A DNA stretch of 64,000 bases from an uncultured virus (IMG/VR IMGVR_UViG_3300046798_000046) (IMGVR_UViG_3300046798_000046), one strand, 5' to 3'. Counted from the stretch's first letter, positions 55,901 to 61,876 are shown. A program made the numbers and translations. The notes: a model not told the origin generated them from the sequence alone.

Positions 55901-56540
55901 CTTGGCCGGTCGGGGAAATCCTGGGAATGAGGATTTCCTGGCCGTCCTCGTTGAACGACATCGAGAGGACGGTGCTGACGGTCCCGTCCGGGTTCTTCAC
56001 TTTCGGACGGCTGGCGACGTTGATGTTGCCGGGAGTGATCATGCCCCCTTCGCCCATGTTGGCCGGAACCACGGTCGTCCTGGCAATCGCGGTGGGCGCC
56101 CTCGGCGTCTGTGCCTTGGGCGTCGGGGGGACGTTAACGACTGTGGTCTTGGCAATCTCCGTGGGCGGGCGAGCCACCTGGACGGTATCGGCCTTGGCGA
56201 TCTTGGTCGGCTTGCGATCGCTCAGAGAGGGCCAATAACTCAGGTCCAGGGGCTGCACGGGCAACGGCTCGAATGGTTGGTCCTCCTGGGGTTGCTGGGC
56301 CGCGAAGTTGGCCGTGGGCTTCCGCCCGAAGACAGGAATCTCAGTCGGCGTCGGCCCAAAGCTCGCGGTCGGCAGACTCCCAAAGGTCGTGAGCGGCGGC
56401 GTCGATGCCTGCCCCAGGTCCACAGAAGGCCACGCACTGTACGTGGAGGGACTCCACGACGTGTCGTCGCTCTGGCCGAGATCGACCGAGGGGAAGCCGC
56501 TCAGGAGGGACCCGAGCGTCTTGGCAGACTGGACCGGCAT
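37989..56540 (-). CDS. Giant polyvalent (DarB-like) ejection protein, 6183 aa
   Basis: Uninterrupted ORF downstream of ejection genes; 2H HxT motifs, P-loop GGTASGKS, LPD23, three HExxH motifs, MTase EPAIGTG/NVPF, SNF2 GGGKT/DEFH/TGTP. Confidence 0.92.
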   Translation of the reverse strand: MPVQSAKTLGSLLSGFPSVDLGQSDDTSWSPSTYSAWPSVDLGQASTPPLTTFGSLPTASFGPTPTEIPVFGRKPTANFAAQQPQEDQPFEPLPVQPLDLSYWPSLSDRKPTKIAKADTVQVARPPTEIAKTTVVNVPPTPKAQTPRAPTAIARTTVVPANMGEGGMITPGNINVASRPKVKNPDGTVSTVLSMSFNEDGQEILIPRISPTGQVLTNAQAIAEYHKTKQHLGIFDTPAHATAYAENLHKLYAEGAFDTKLYPVPETHLGPEPKPGSAYPTTTSRLSPGTEAHLGPAPKPVGREDHLAAPDFRRYSTTTSQLSPGTEAHIGQPMVSRLSPGTETHLGPGTRTWGEVGKDLYESALGSFGREMLIGVPELAIGAADLATAGRVGKLLDYFGISTDKAREEFDRLNPPSERLKFAQEAVGRADGMVAKAIAILKNPEVIASSIGGSLPTMIVGGGVGEAVGAGAEWAALKYLPKSQRAAKVAALLAAGAGGIGEGAVTAAQQEEQIRQADPQRTTTLGQTALAGGSGALTGVIGAVSGKVANMLGIGDVDSMLAGAYVDKAARRGLVKAIVYSMIQEGGFEEFTQSIQEQIATNIANGKSWDEGVSEAAVLGMVTGAAMGAGTQVLERLGPEEHAPSATGPRPRIGNRPGAVPSPQAPEGFEFAAPGGQPRPPGAGGAGVEMPPQPGGPGVVGVPTRELPPLSDFEQERYQNAVTAVLAANSPTARTIQFALGVKTAQAHEILDRMEAEGVITAPDQDGNRQVIPAPTPAPPATVAPTEETPAAEPVATPAEPIETGEPHKFASTQADLPEPTAGLIREVGRLIVPEDALHGEGREANPHVTVKYGLTSDDVEAVRKVLKDEPPITVTLGKTSFFPSGKDDNGDVVKIDLASPDLHRLNAKIAEALPHEDTHPDYVPHITLAYVTPGRGQEFAGFKTVEGNKLTLDRLTFSTSDGQLHEIPLTGGAAPTAAATTAAAPGNEKAAKRAELAAKLLARKAAQEAAAGQPGAPTETPDTTEPAPTETPQETKTRHQKLLARYERENAPRSFSELLPIEQRAVRHILTELDEFKYDQPGRAMVPWWTTDVDQEILAAPREANAPIYNNLQDAKRTGYAIRRALKSYVDGSPRASAIVLDALKQARARIAEATSGRDDTLHHGMVLPPSAGSVPGEIYIRPAMTGQPSEVKELETIRRVSGTWRDLLAQYVAQHGHIFTIDRMADLLGAHSEGHRWANQEAVQSSAEELAQAGFEQALDLPLTEANDTVRLSGGGTASGKSEVFDAIAHAGVIGLDSTMESLSDASRNIHNAILSGRSVDVLFVYRDPIDAFLSGVVTRATNPEDGRLTDLAAHVTSHFNAPRTVLTLNDRFQHEFPAPDFKIIDNSVPETPTRDMAWLQEKADHYATRDALDLALNDAIAHAISTGNLAPDVARRLGTPEATIQRGRSEGATRAAATVEEGRQAGAESPGEVVDTLDTGEQQPRLPGEVGAVRDLEVEQPALGDVGFGLTAPGEKPVSTTQSGMSLHGLNVGDAVWHADNPRDTGTITSVAGDAVIVRWNAGPSRKTESSEKFAGREIDKLKTGEITDPYPQLVEAARATKLKNGTVSIPTLRQQFGLTEKRMADMVSRMEQDGIITRTEDNRWVLVPEAPAEGAKAIEPDFTGRKLRIDGRLEPIVGDKVFQVVPGFAGTGAHIYGEVYQGSNGLRVRGTGSASLLGGGGAPAGKTYPLDLEWTVVKDPALARMRKAREDREEALKREREAAEAGHDQAQEEERQRIIAAGGAAVTNATPVGARVKLLWHDTPTWGVVTEVGHFGPEYLEDADILAGMTHGRTLGGIERDGTYKGIVVDPNAPPAPGASTGAKTVEEGPRLPLTASAIKEAFDLTDEQAAAVEALADSIGEDFKAQLLVTKGGTPGSGALNQYVGIKAQHAAQARAGLMTARAMAMAGKSPEDIRAVTGWFEGPYDGKLRYETNDSGVSLTPAFNTLEPSPIMGNKKTLPLGEALDAPDLFALYPQLAQIQVIRQPGFFDIFGGLQGWYNHDKATINVTPYADDPRSTLLHEIQHAIQHIEGFDSGGNAAMGITQAPEALVKKATEKAITVLQERLDDLAKAIQVDKNLIVAAEQIPWAKRRDINALAAQVKQADAAGTIAYNAYQKNPGAEGNFWMTPEGDAHSEQKQAAQRAVQEALKDSPASKYAFEIGYHGGINEAIEKSKGSLARTLARVQKTQEDIVTLQAGKRADIEKVINRAGGAHELYRLISGEIEARDVEARKDLTPAQRTLAAPFTTENIAPEDAIRIAEVPATAAPSVLYQGTPENATKLRRWYYSNAEKALETWQNKGTPAQLLAHLGKFRGAMDEAKWTGLTEWLGALQSVTRAEAQAFLDRNPIEVNEVIKSEEASKETREAAIQTLNDLGFDVVQDTPEDPPYLEWSDPDRRAADAVDHDNLPREADDALNVLQNDHVNDTKYGTYQIAGGTNYREILLTKPSAGEASRNRAIENFRARRMSMFAERLAAKARGEDVRALEARHEREAAWINMQVEDLRRMRVPPDFEASHWEDAPNVLAHMRVHDRIINGVRTLYVEEFQSDWAREGRDKGFATKDGTGWTSISTGTVSPAPFVDSSEWANLALKRIVAYAAERNYGQVAWSNGEIQQRRYSLRQAVDSIHWGPAMVTGEDTPPSQRLDIQIKHGGSVLLFVAPDGQIVGGPKKFQKTTLAKVIGKALAEKILGEPEGAVQGKGLEIGGDWAVNLYDKVIPKFADAIGKPHGVKADRAEVAYKDWTHQRYVGQPVTAQQLNDIIALSRQSAETYISPITGARLDSPIGRSSVRDSAIEVRDAVEGGTTFDQAMTRYGNGALAEVFGGFMVESPRRNMIHVLPLSAGLRSDILTRGLPLFQGERASFEVIEGGQGLIRALHAPDVSSAVHEMAHAVRRFLLDASLKPEQRRGINYADIDLIEKWAGAHKGVWTTEAEEKFAKGFEAYLKDGEAPNAKLQGLFDQFRAWLSEIYAKIRAYFDEAALTPEVRALFDRIVTRADRMAAEDAAEAKEAKPPPKAKAKPKVAPSPVEMWTAIGTNAAGDTLYQDARGVRSIVKNGVRSIESVQVVPTREGVTYQTDRTGGKAATWQTTEEAAKPKAAPADAAKAAARERARQIAQSIKPSEPPKVLYQGEPSQPINMETVTRMLEMLDAYDEAGLTDFADVAQAFQEDFGAGARAFDGMLEMAWEELKGETVSVVEALKGAKHGAEQEADTPGGGPAGTGVGETPIGGPGGTGPGELAGEQPGAETAAPVQGGTQTGGERRPDGGVRGGGRQPRPARPGPAPRTGDGVDAASHVDPADTAVDPAVGEAIARGEPPRHFTIQDEKELTAGGWVTKLNNNLEALKLLKDLERTGRPASNIEQAILAKYIGWGHTNLAPVVDLLGIDNIRDPKHKEARQLLDSLLTKQELQDLGESAPNAHYSFADLPRALWAAIQHFGFKGGSILEPAIGTGHFFGTMPAEIIGHPLTRLFGIEKEPIAAGIARQLYQGAKIQNSPLQDAMLPEGYMDVHISNVPFGRIPVFDPRFAASDKALMTKSVHNYYFAKALDVARPGGLIAFVTSRYTMDSQSDAVRRYIGERAKLIGAIRMPRETFDKTAGTEVVTDIIFLQKRMPGEKPSASESQWMDVRNRDDDIGKIYDRYSNKSESVFTNVYYGANPHMVLGNETPNGKTERVPTYTVEAVDEKAPTLDKLLETIQRMPRDIYVPSTEPPRAIHFGAAIDTKQGMYVLQDGKLYTHDRGTLKPTTLKGKALAIAKTYLPVRDAYQTVLDALRVQADEPTLKAAQKVLLQKYDAFVAQHGLVNLPTNAVVIQDDPNGARVLALEFIRKVPRPDGQGGYLKGRYDYELDRKADIFDKRVLAPPVEAKVATSSLDAMIQSLAWRGHVDLDYMSQISGIPHAQLAQDLIGELYEDPVTNTFVTRDAYLSGDVVTKLAQAEARADVDPAFAAHVAALKEVQPTPLVPGQFEIPLGATYVPVEVYERFAQEQAGTTVQVRKLNAESVVAYTVSGFGGRHEFLPKFADFTQWFQDALDNKMPIIYSGTGDDRGPDQEMTDKYRESLKQLREAWDGWWSLNAATANQLTGIYNSMFNREAPRVFDGSRMITPNLNPAITLRPSQQNAAWRFLQAGNTLVDHAVGGGKTLVGIVAANELKRLGLAQKVMLPVPNGLVPQWRAAFLDAYPAAKILVTTKADFEKANRRALIARIANNNWDAIIIGHTQFESIAVSVETMRNFVREQETQLLLEAAEQANLSVSQFDDLVTRWGDKNTKKDKDIKAFFGPRSQTPQSVKDIARAILSLRTRLAKRLDQQTRDSPVVFEELGVDALIIDEFHNFKNLMFSTKHSSVAGLKSSNSGKAMDMFLKLRLVNQASGNRNIMALTGTPITNTMSEVYTVFRYLAQPVLDRLGMSGFDSWSNNYAGMRVESEPDPTGRYRERLRLRDWVNLGELSKLYRSFTDVVTTKDLVDSGQIKIPDIKNGKATIVAIEPTPEFEDYRETLKRRADNIKAGKPETPGDNSLLITTDASKAAIDMRLVDPNAVVDPRGRIPTAAREIAQRYKASTDVLGTQLVFLDIGVPKKKDLERLPAHIMAGTTLTPVIEEEEEEVDPEDVDEEQAAFDQENEGMRNLYQDLKDRLIAEGVRADEIVFLNQAEPHELGALYQAMNDGRVRVMIATRSKGGVGLNVQKRGIAVHHLDVPWRPDQLEQADARFLRHGNDNPEVEIVRYVTKRSFDAYRWKLVSIKNGNITSFKRGELASMTDNDTRQIDLDTIAAVGTGDDRHMTLVELDRELRGLQARSWNFNERQLTAKREIAFDEAQLAGYQSIVDRLTEASAAMLEWAKAPRAILTAVKGRYGMMTQGEGRAYDIATPEGRKSLQEAMEALLGEHDLYNAVKIGTAGPFDIIADKSTISQAGQETLYRAEATNVYLKIGDFVMANATTWAKADAHAPDYRGFITRETTPDKVKASLALYQQRVDRIQKNLETNREIVAKQFGQAAELADKAERVRDLRIDLGMIPNTPEDDARRIANEMVRVGDAFRAGVMGAGEHNERIEELWAKAEGLKVRERVQARVDGHEVLGKVAPGDSPREEVARMESEGGGVVDEVRALGTPTAGAAQRAVLAAQAGLGKAARALIDLYSPTVRKLAGQLASMAARASWAEQAHTYEYAVAQLWAARKAFVQLETDPAAVLTLMDAIEDPSAQNPVPEWAKPTFKTINEIYTRLKAQVEALGLEVQWREHYLARGNRWSDDPAELAWIKRHLGIKRPLEGSAAFLKQRTFPTTRDRVEATGQEPPTWNIIDLQLMKMAEMAKFIHGREFQNWSKSRGITQGGWKFIGLNKRAPKGLVRITDKAGTIYMPGKVTIREAYDKALMEGLEQWVSDLGIDYERKAGQSQTLGATSSDGLGKVKISMQAGSPETALMHEIGHGLDRLFNLGDQLRAQPGVEDELGVLGDMRFPDAGPVPEAFKEYVRRPGEQVANAVHAFIYMPEQMQEVAPQTFALLTALADERPEYEPLITLQDTRSLMLQGREHEMRLPGPILIGHYWALPEVARITNNYVGPGLAGKSAIFDAYRWFNNNLVRVLLSFSGFHALTIINETGSTRAGESLRALLQGNLGEAAKLAARTATFPYDAYRLYLRGKTLQEHYKNVAPGEVMLDEITKRIILGGQRIHMERDYVNQSYQKLRDSVTKGDFGSGLYHLVPGIIEAASIPVMEKFVPRVKLAVYYDLLERRLAELPGDPHPDTLARLATEVSDHVDNAFGEMVKDNLHWSRPMRDVLSAAMLSPTWNIGSFRGFAGAVTDVRKFAPNQRTLLTYQDGIDSKGHPIYKTVSEHWLSLRLGWAIGVLLMAAYLSNLYQWLLHGQGPTKDLKDVFHPKDSEGKRRTLPGYAKDLYSFFHRLPWSAGITVGHKLAPGLGIIEDVIRNEDYSGTEVHNWDDPIWKQTYDVAKSIGKNALPITYQNFKRDWDEGTPVEQFVEDIIGIGHASGEVDRTAAEQKIIDYRGSIHRTEAQKIDADAKFAIKRALQAGTPEGKAQAAELKKEGGLSKTQIRAATRSARMTMLQSGVKQLALDRALNVYEVATPEERGTLRAILRSKEPLIAKAAPADRVALRAKYRAAITLPFVKWMPPTPTPSAPVVPRHY
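46502..46798 (-). CDS. Overprinted small gene nested in the giant ORF (alternate frame)
   Basis: 98 aa helical-looking product; preceded by GGAGCCAAAC, matching the phage's SD motif; host frame is a low-complexity linker. Confidence 0.6.
   Translation of the reverse strand: MERNKKLIHREGDRPEPVSAKHPLVGLEERVLENWLANSPALKRQHQSKAGRKQVENAVRTAVFGAVVANLDLRAQGLPLEQAMELTQPAMWTPPTRL
55500..55760 (-). repeat. Peptide repeat S(R/Q)LSPGTE(A/T)H(L/I)G in the giant protein
   Basis: Three full copies plus a PETHLGP partial copy. Confidence 0.7.
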
Positions 56541-56546
56541 CGTCGC

Positions 56547-58517
56547 CTACTTGCCCTTCTTCTTCTCGTCGCCCTTTTTGCCGCCGTAGAGCACGACGCC
56601 ATTCGGGTACTTGATCCAGATTTCGCCGTTCTTCATCTCGGTGGGCGCGATCTTGCCAACCGGAGGCGCCGGGACATTTCGCATGAGTTCCGCGATGTCG
56701 GGCGGCATGTACGCCGTCACGGCGGGCCGGATCGTGCCGTTCTTGTTCTCCCAGGGGATGCCATCGTCCATGACGACGTGGTAGCCCGGTTTGACATCCT
56801 TCATCGCTTCCAATACATGCTCTGGCACGGGCTGGGGCGGGGCACCCGGGGTGCCTGGGAGCGGTGGGGGGGCGACCGGCGCGGTGGCGACCGGGGGCGG
56901 GGCCACGGGACGGGGCGGCGGCGGCGCGGGACGCCCTGGCGGCGGGGCCATCGTGGCGCCCATCGTGCCGGGCGCCGGGGCAGGCATCGCCCCGGGTGGA
57001 GGTCCCTGGGGGGGCGGGGGCGGCGCTCCCGCTCCGGGCGCTCCCGCTCCGGGCGGTGGCGGGGGTCCCTGCGGCGGCGGCGGGGCACCCATGACCCCGC
57101 CCATGGTTTGCGGCATCGGGCCACGCGGCGTCGGACGCATGACGGTGCCGGGAGGGCCAGCAGGCGCGGCGCCAGGACCGCCGGGACCGGGACTCGCGGC
57201 CCCAGGACCACCCGCTGGACCGGGACCGCCCGAACGGCCCGCGCCCATCAGGTTGGCCGTGTCCGCTTTGGCTTTGTCGGCGGCAGCGGCAGCGGCCTTG
57301 GCGGCGGCTTCGATCTGCGTGGGATCCTTGGGCGTGTCGGACGCCAACTTCCCTGGCCCCGACAGCATCCCTTGATAGATTTGGAGGATGGACGCCTTTT
57401 CGGCGTCGTAGTCTGGCTGACTCATCCCCGGAAGGGTCTCGCCGGTGTCCGGGTCGGTCTTGCCTCGGAAGGCGACCCGCAGCTTGGACATCTCGTTCGC
57501 AAAGTAGGTGTCGGCGGCTCGCTTGCGGGTGGCGGCCTGTGCGGGGGTCTCCGCGCCGGTTCCGGCCCCGGCGGTGCCCAATCGCTTTTCGCGTTCTTTC
57601 TGTGCGGTCGCCCGTTCGGCCTCGGCCGCCGCTGAGAGCCGCTCCCGCACCGTCATGGCGGCAGCTTCCGCCCGCTTGCGCTCCGTATCGCTGAAGGTCG
57701 GGCTGTAGCTGTTGATGATGGCCGTGTCGTACCCGTAGAGGTCGGGGTTGGCGGCATCCTTGCGGACCTGATCCCAACTGGCCTGATCGTGCGTCGAGGC
57801 CAGGGCCGAGGCGTACGCGCCCATCCTGGCGGCGGTCGCCGCCCGCTGGTCATTTTTGAGCTTGAGGGCCTGCTCGGCGAGGGTCACGCCCTGCAACCCC
57901 CACTTGGCCGAATCTTCCAGGGTCATGCCGACCCGGGCGTGCGCTTCGAGGGCGGGACCATCAAAGGTCTGCGGCAGCGCCTTTATCATTTCCGGCTGAA
58001 GCACCTTCCCCAGGGCGGGCATCGCCTTCGCGTACAGGTCGGCCCCTTTCTCCTGGTTGTAGGTGATCTCGCCGGTCTCGGGATCGGTTTCCCGTGCCCC
58101 ATCGAGCACGCCGCGCAGGACGCCATTGGCCTCTTTCAACTGGCCGATCTGGTAGTCCAGTTCCGCCTTCGCCTGCTGGCTGTGCGCGGTCGCGTTCTTG
58201 GTGATCTGGTCCCCGACCTTCATCGCCGCCGGGATGCGCCCCTGCGCGAGGAGTGCCCGCTGCACGCTCGACAGCTTGGGCATCTTCGTCTCGGGGTCCA
58301 GGTTCTCGGCCTTCGCCATCTCCATCCGGATCGCGTCGTCTTCGGCCTCGTCGTCCTGGAGCTTCTTGAGCTTGAATTTCTCGCCCTCCAGTTGGACGCC
58401 CTGAAGCTGCTGCTGCTGGGCCGACTGCTTGAGCGCCATGATCTGCCCCATCGTCTGGAGCGGATTGATGGCGTCGATCGGCTTGATTCCGGAATACACG
58501 CTGGCATCAATAGGCAT
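56547..58517 (-). CDS. Probable DNA ejection/internal virion protein with Pro-rich tail
   Basis: MPIDAS..NPLQTMGQIMAL..QQQQ helical N-terminus; position between ejection genes. Confidence 0.7.
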   Translation of the reverse strand: MPIDASVYSGIKPIDAINPLQTMGQIMALKQSAQQQQLQGVQLEGEKFKLKKLQDDEAEDDAIRMEMAKAENLDPETKMPKLSSVQRALLAQGRIPAAMKVGDQITKNATAHSQQAKAELDYQIGQLKEANGVLRGVLDGARETDPETGEITYNQEKGADLYAKAMPALGKVLQPEMIKALPQTFDGPALEAHARVGMTLEDSAKWGLQGVTLAEQALKLKNDQRAATAARMGAYASALASTHDQASWDQVRKDAANPDLYGYDTAIINSYSPTFSDTERKRAEAAAMTVRERLSAAAEAERATAQKEREKRLGTAGAGTGAETPAQAATRKRAADTYFANEMSKLRVAFRGKTDPDTGETLPGMSQPDYDAEKASILQIYQGMLSGPGKLASDTPKDPTQIEAAAKAAAAAADKAKADTANLMGAGRSGGPGPAGGPGAASPGPGGPGAAPAGPPGTVMRPTPRGPMPQTMGGVMGAPPPPQGPPPPPGAGAPGAGAPPPPPQGPPPGAMPAPAPGTMGATMAPPPGRPAPPPPRPVAPPPVATAPVAPPPLPGTPGAPPQPVPEHVLEAMKDVKPGYHVVMDDGIPWENKNGTIRPAVTAYMPPDIAELMRNVPAPPVGKIAPTEMKNGEIWIKYPNGVVLYGGKKGDEKKKGK

Positions 58518-58535
58518 GGGAAAGTCCTAGTGCGC

Positions 58536-60935
58536 TCAATAGGGCGGCGGGGGCGGTTGGGACATTTGGTATCCGCCGCCGACGTTGCCCGGGACGTAGG
58601 CCGGGCCATTGTAGACGTAGCCGCCGAACCCGGGCGGCGGGGGCTGTTGCGTCTGCGGCGTCCGGTAGTTGTAGTACCCCGAATAGCCCGCCGCGAGCGC
58701 CGTATTGCCCGCGCTGTTCAGCGCCCCGGCGTAGGCGTTGCCTCGGCCGATGTTGGCGGCGGCATTGGCGTTCCCCTGGTTGGTGACCAAATTGCCGTAC
58801 GCATCGGTGTACTGCCCGCCCGCTTGGTTCGCGCCCTGGTTCGCCTGGAACGCCTGATTCTGGTCCCACTGATACGCGCCGATGCCCCGGTCCACGTTGG
58901 CGTTGTAGCCCGCGTAGTTCGTGTTGTAGGTCTGGAGCGCCTGATTGAAGCCCTGGTTCTGTTGCTGCAAGGCCAGTCCCTGGCCCTGCAACCCGAGTTG
59001 CTGCTGCTGAATCCCCAACCCCGCCGCGAACTGCCGTTGGGCCATTTCCATCTGGTACGGCTGAAGCTGCTGCTGGTAGTTCCGGTCGTATTGCGCTTCG
59101 GCGCCCTGGAGGCCGAGTTGCGCGGCGTTCAATTGCGCCCCGGTCGTCGCCTGATACGCCCCGAGGCCGTACTGCTGATTGGCCTGGAACGCGCCGAGAC
59201 CGGCCTGCTCGTTCGCTTGATACGCCTGAAGCTGGCTGTTGAAGTTGTTCTGGAAGTTGGCCTGTTGCCCCTGAAGCTGCAACTGCCCGTACTGGTTCTG
59301 CGCGCCCGCGTTCGCTTGGTACTGCGCGAGCTTGTTCGCCGAGTTCAGTTGCGCCTGTTGGAACTGCTGGTTGTAGTTCGCGTTGTATTGCGCCTGCTGG
59401 CCCTGGAGGTTCAGGGCGGCCTGATTCTGCTGGGCGGCGGTGTTGGCTTGGTACGCGGCGAGCGTGTTGCCCGAGTTCGCCTGATACGCGCCGAGCGCCT
59501 GATTGTACTGCTGCCCCTGCGCCTGAAGATTGAGCGCGGCGGCCTGCTGTTGCGCCCCGGTAGTCGCTTGGTACGCGCCGAGACCCGCCTGGGCGTTCGC
59601 CTGGAACTGCGCGAGTTGGTTGCCGATGGTGCGGTCGTACTCGCTCCCCGCCCGCTGATAGGCGGTCTGGTTCTCGGTCAGCGCCTTCCCGTAGTTCCGG
59701 TCGTACTCGTTCAGCCCGGCCTGCTGGTTCTGCTCGAATTGATAGCGGCCCTGCTGGTCGCCCATCTGGTACTCGCCGAGCCGCCGCCCGTAGACGTTGG
59801 CGTACTCCTGGCTGGCCTGCCCCTGCTGATAGTCGTTCAGGTCGGCCAGCGTGCTGCCGGTCAGGAGCGTGCCGCGTGCCGCCGCGCTCTTCTGGATGGC
59901 GTCCTGGCCCTGCTGGACCCGGAACTGGTAGCCGGGGTCGTTCAGCGCCTCTTCCGGCGTGGGCGCCTTGAACTGATCGGGACTCTGATAGCGGTCGGCG
60001 GCGTAGTTCCCGTACCCGAACGCGGGCACGTTCGACTGAAACGGCTGGTTCGCCCCGGTGAACTGCCCGGGCGTGTAGGCGCCCGGCGTGGCGACCCCCT
60101 GCGCTTGGGGTCCCTGGTAGTTGAACGTGCCCGGGTCCACCCGGCCCGGGTCCGGTGCCCCCTGGAACTGAAATTGCGGGCCGCTGTACTGGTAGGTGCC
60201 GAGATCGACCGTGCCGGGGTTTGGCCCGCCCTGCCAGTTGAAGCCCGGGCCGTTGTAGTTGAACTTCGACGCATCGTACGTCCCGGCCTGATAGGACCCG
60301 ACGTTGGGCGCCCCGCCCCAACTGAAATCCCCGCCCGTGTAATGGAACGGGTCCATCGCGTTGTAGTCGCCGCCCCCGCCGCCGAGGCCGCCCGCGTTGC
60401 TGCCCTGCCCGGGCGCGTCCGTCATGCGCTGCGCCCAGTACGCTTTGTTGTCTTCGGTCAGCCCGCCGCTCTTGGCGATGACCCCTTCCCAATACGAGGG
60501 GTCGTTGCCGACCCAGGCTTTGTCCGCGAACTGGCCGACGAAGGACTTGGCGTCCGTGCCGCCGCCGGAGCCGCCGCCGCTCGATCCGCCGAAGTTGTAC
60601 CCGCCGTAGCCGCCCGGATTCTGCTGGCCGCCATAGCTGCCGCCGCCCGGCGCGTTCGGGTTGAACTCGCGTTGCCACGGCGACAGGTTGTATCCGGCAT
60701 ACGCGCTGCCGCCCCCGCCCGTGGCGGTGGTCGGCCCGCCGAAGTTGGCACTGAACCCGCCGTAGCTGCCCTGCGGTTGCGCCGTGCCCCCCGGCCCGCC
60801 GCCGCTGAAGGCATACCGATTCTGCTCGGTCTGCGACAGTTTGTTCCACGCGCCCACGTCATAGCCAGCGGCCTGATTGGTCGCCTGCTGCTGGTCCTGT
60901 TGGGGGGTCTCGACGCTATTGGGCGCAGTTGCCAT
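58536..60935 (-). CDS. DNA transfer/pilot-like ejection protein with Q/N/G/Y-rich repeats
   Basis: DPGYQFRVQQGQDAIQKSAAARG.L..G.TL..L..Y.QG.ASQEY motif typical of podovirus transfer proteins. Confidence 0.75.
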   Translation of the reverse strand: MATAPNSVETPQQDQQQATNQAAGYDVGAWNKLSQTEQNRYAFSGGGPGGTAQPQGSYGGFSANFGGPTTATGGGGSAYAGYNLSPWQREFNPNAPGGGSYGGQQNPGGYGGYNFGGSSGGGSGGGTDAKSFVGQFADKAWVGNDPSYWEGVIAKSGGLTEDNKAYWAQRMTDAPGQGSNAGGLGGGGGDYNAMDPFHYTGGDFSWGGAPNVGSYQAGTYDASKFNYNGPGFNWQGGPNPGTVDLGTYQYSGPQFQFQGAPDPGRVDPGTFNYQGPQAQGVATPGAYTPGQFTGANQPFQSNVPAFGYGNYAADRYQSPDQFKAPTPEEALNDPGYQFRVQQGQDAIQKSAAARGTLLTGSTLADLNDYQQGQASQEYANVYGRRLGEYQMGDQQGRYQFEQNQQAGLNEYDRNYGKALTENQTAYQRAGSEYDRTIGNQLAQFQANAQAGLGAYQATTGAQQQAAALNLQAQGQQYNQALGAYQANSGNTLAAYQANTAAQQNQAALNLQGQQAQYNANYNQQFQQAQLNSANKLAQYQANAGAQNQYGQLQLQGQQANFQNNFNSQLQAYQANEQAGLGAFQANQQYGLGAYQATTGAQLNAAQLGLQGAEAQYDRNYQQQLQPYQMEMAQRQFAAGLGIQQQQLGLQGQGLALQQQNQGFNQALQTYNTNYAGYNANVDRGIGAYQWDQNQAFQANQGANQAGGQYTDAYGNLVTNQGNANAAANIGRGNAYAGALNSAGNTALAAGYSGYYNYRTPQTQQPPPPGFGGYVYNGPAYVPGNVGGGYQMSQPPPPPY

Positions 60936-60944
60936 GACGATCTC

Positions 60945-61484
60945 CTACAGTTGCGGCGCCATGACCTGTCCCATGTACCGCTGAGGCGGCGGGGGCGGCA
61001 TCCACGGCTGCGGCGGGGGCGGGCCTTGAGGGGCCAGCATCTGCGGGGGCGGCGGCCCCTGCGGCGCCATCCCCTGCGGAGGCGGCGGGGCCATCACCTG
61101 GGGGCGCGGACTCCCGGGCGGCACGCCTCCCGGCGGGGGCAGCATCGCGCCCGGGGGCACCGGGGCGCCCGGAGGCGGCCCGCCGGGGCCACCCGGTCCA
61201 CCCGGAGGCGGCATCCCGCCGGGCCACCCCGGCCCGCGCCCGGGCAACTGGCCTGCGCCGCCCATCAACGCGGCCATCGATCGCTCGCCGCTCGCAAAGG
61301 GGGCGAGTCGCGCCTGGGCCGCTTTCTGCTGGGCCTCCTGGGCGGCGAGCGCCTTGTCGGTCGCGTCCTGCTGCGCCGTTTGGGCCTTTTTGATCGCGTT
61401 GCTCTGCACCTTGGCGGCGGCCACTTGGGTTCCGGCGCTGACGGCACTCCCAATCAACATCGCGGCGACAATGGGAATCGGCAT
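60945..61484 (-). CDS. Small ejection/pilot-like protein
   Basis: Hydrophobic Ala/Gly N-terminus, AQ-rich helix, LAPF..G; Pro-rich tail. Confidence 0.65.
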   Translation of the reverse strand: MPIPIVAAMLIGSAVSAGTQVAAAKVQSNAIKKAQTAQQDATDKALAAQEAQQKAAQARLAPFASGERSMAALMGGAGQLPGRGPGWPGGMPPPGGPGGPGGPPPGAPVPPGAMLPPPGGVPPGSPRPQVMAPPPPQGMAPQGPPPPQMLAPQGPPPPQPWMPPPPPQRYMGQVMAPQL

Positions 61485-61496
61485 GATCAGTCTCCT

Positions 61497-61874
61497 CTAT
61501 ACCGGCAGCACAAAATGGCGACCGGGTAATGCGTCGGCCTTGAGCTTCACGAGCAGCCGCTCGACCTCGGGCGTGAGCGCCGCCGTCACCACGCGGGTCG
61601 CGCCCATCGCCCGGGCCACGCGCCGCATCCCGGCGAGCAACCGGCCCGCCACGGTGGGCGATCCACGATACGCCGGATCAATCCAGACGCACTCGGCATG
61701 GACGATTTTTACGAGCGCCCAACACCCCACGATGGTCCCGTGGTGCTCGACCACCACAATTTCGGCCTGCCCAGGCTGCGTCATCGCCCCGAGCGCCTCC
61801 GCTTCCGTCCCGGCCAATCGCGCCCACTCACTCCACGGCAGCACGCGCGTCTGGAACGTAGGCGGGTCGTCCAT
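61497..61874 (-). CDS. GNAT-family acetyltransferase-like virion-module protein
   Basis: VVEHHGTIVG...VWIDPAYRG...GRLL; typical position before ejection genes. Confidence 0.7.
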   Translation of the reverse strand: MDDPPTFQTRVLPWSEWARLAGTEAEALGAMTQPGQAEIVVVEHHGTIVGCWALVKIVHAECVWIDPAYRGSPTVAGRLLAGMRRVARAMGATRVVTAALTPEVERLLVKLKADALPGRHFVLPV

Positions 61875-61876
61875 CC

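Noticed and set aside
37926..61529. Long plus-strand ORFs (e.g. 44760-48584, 52413-55196, 57789-61529; also 8299-10347)
   Set aside because: Antisense shadows of high-GC minus-strand genes; no motifs or start signals.
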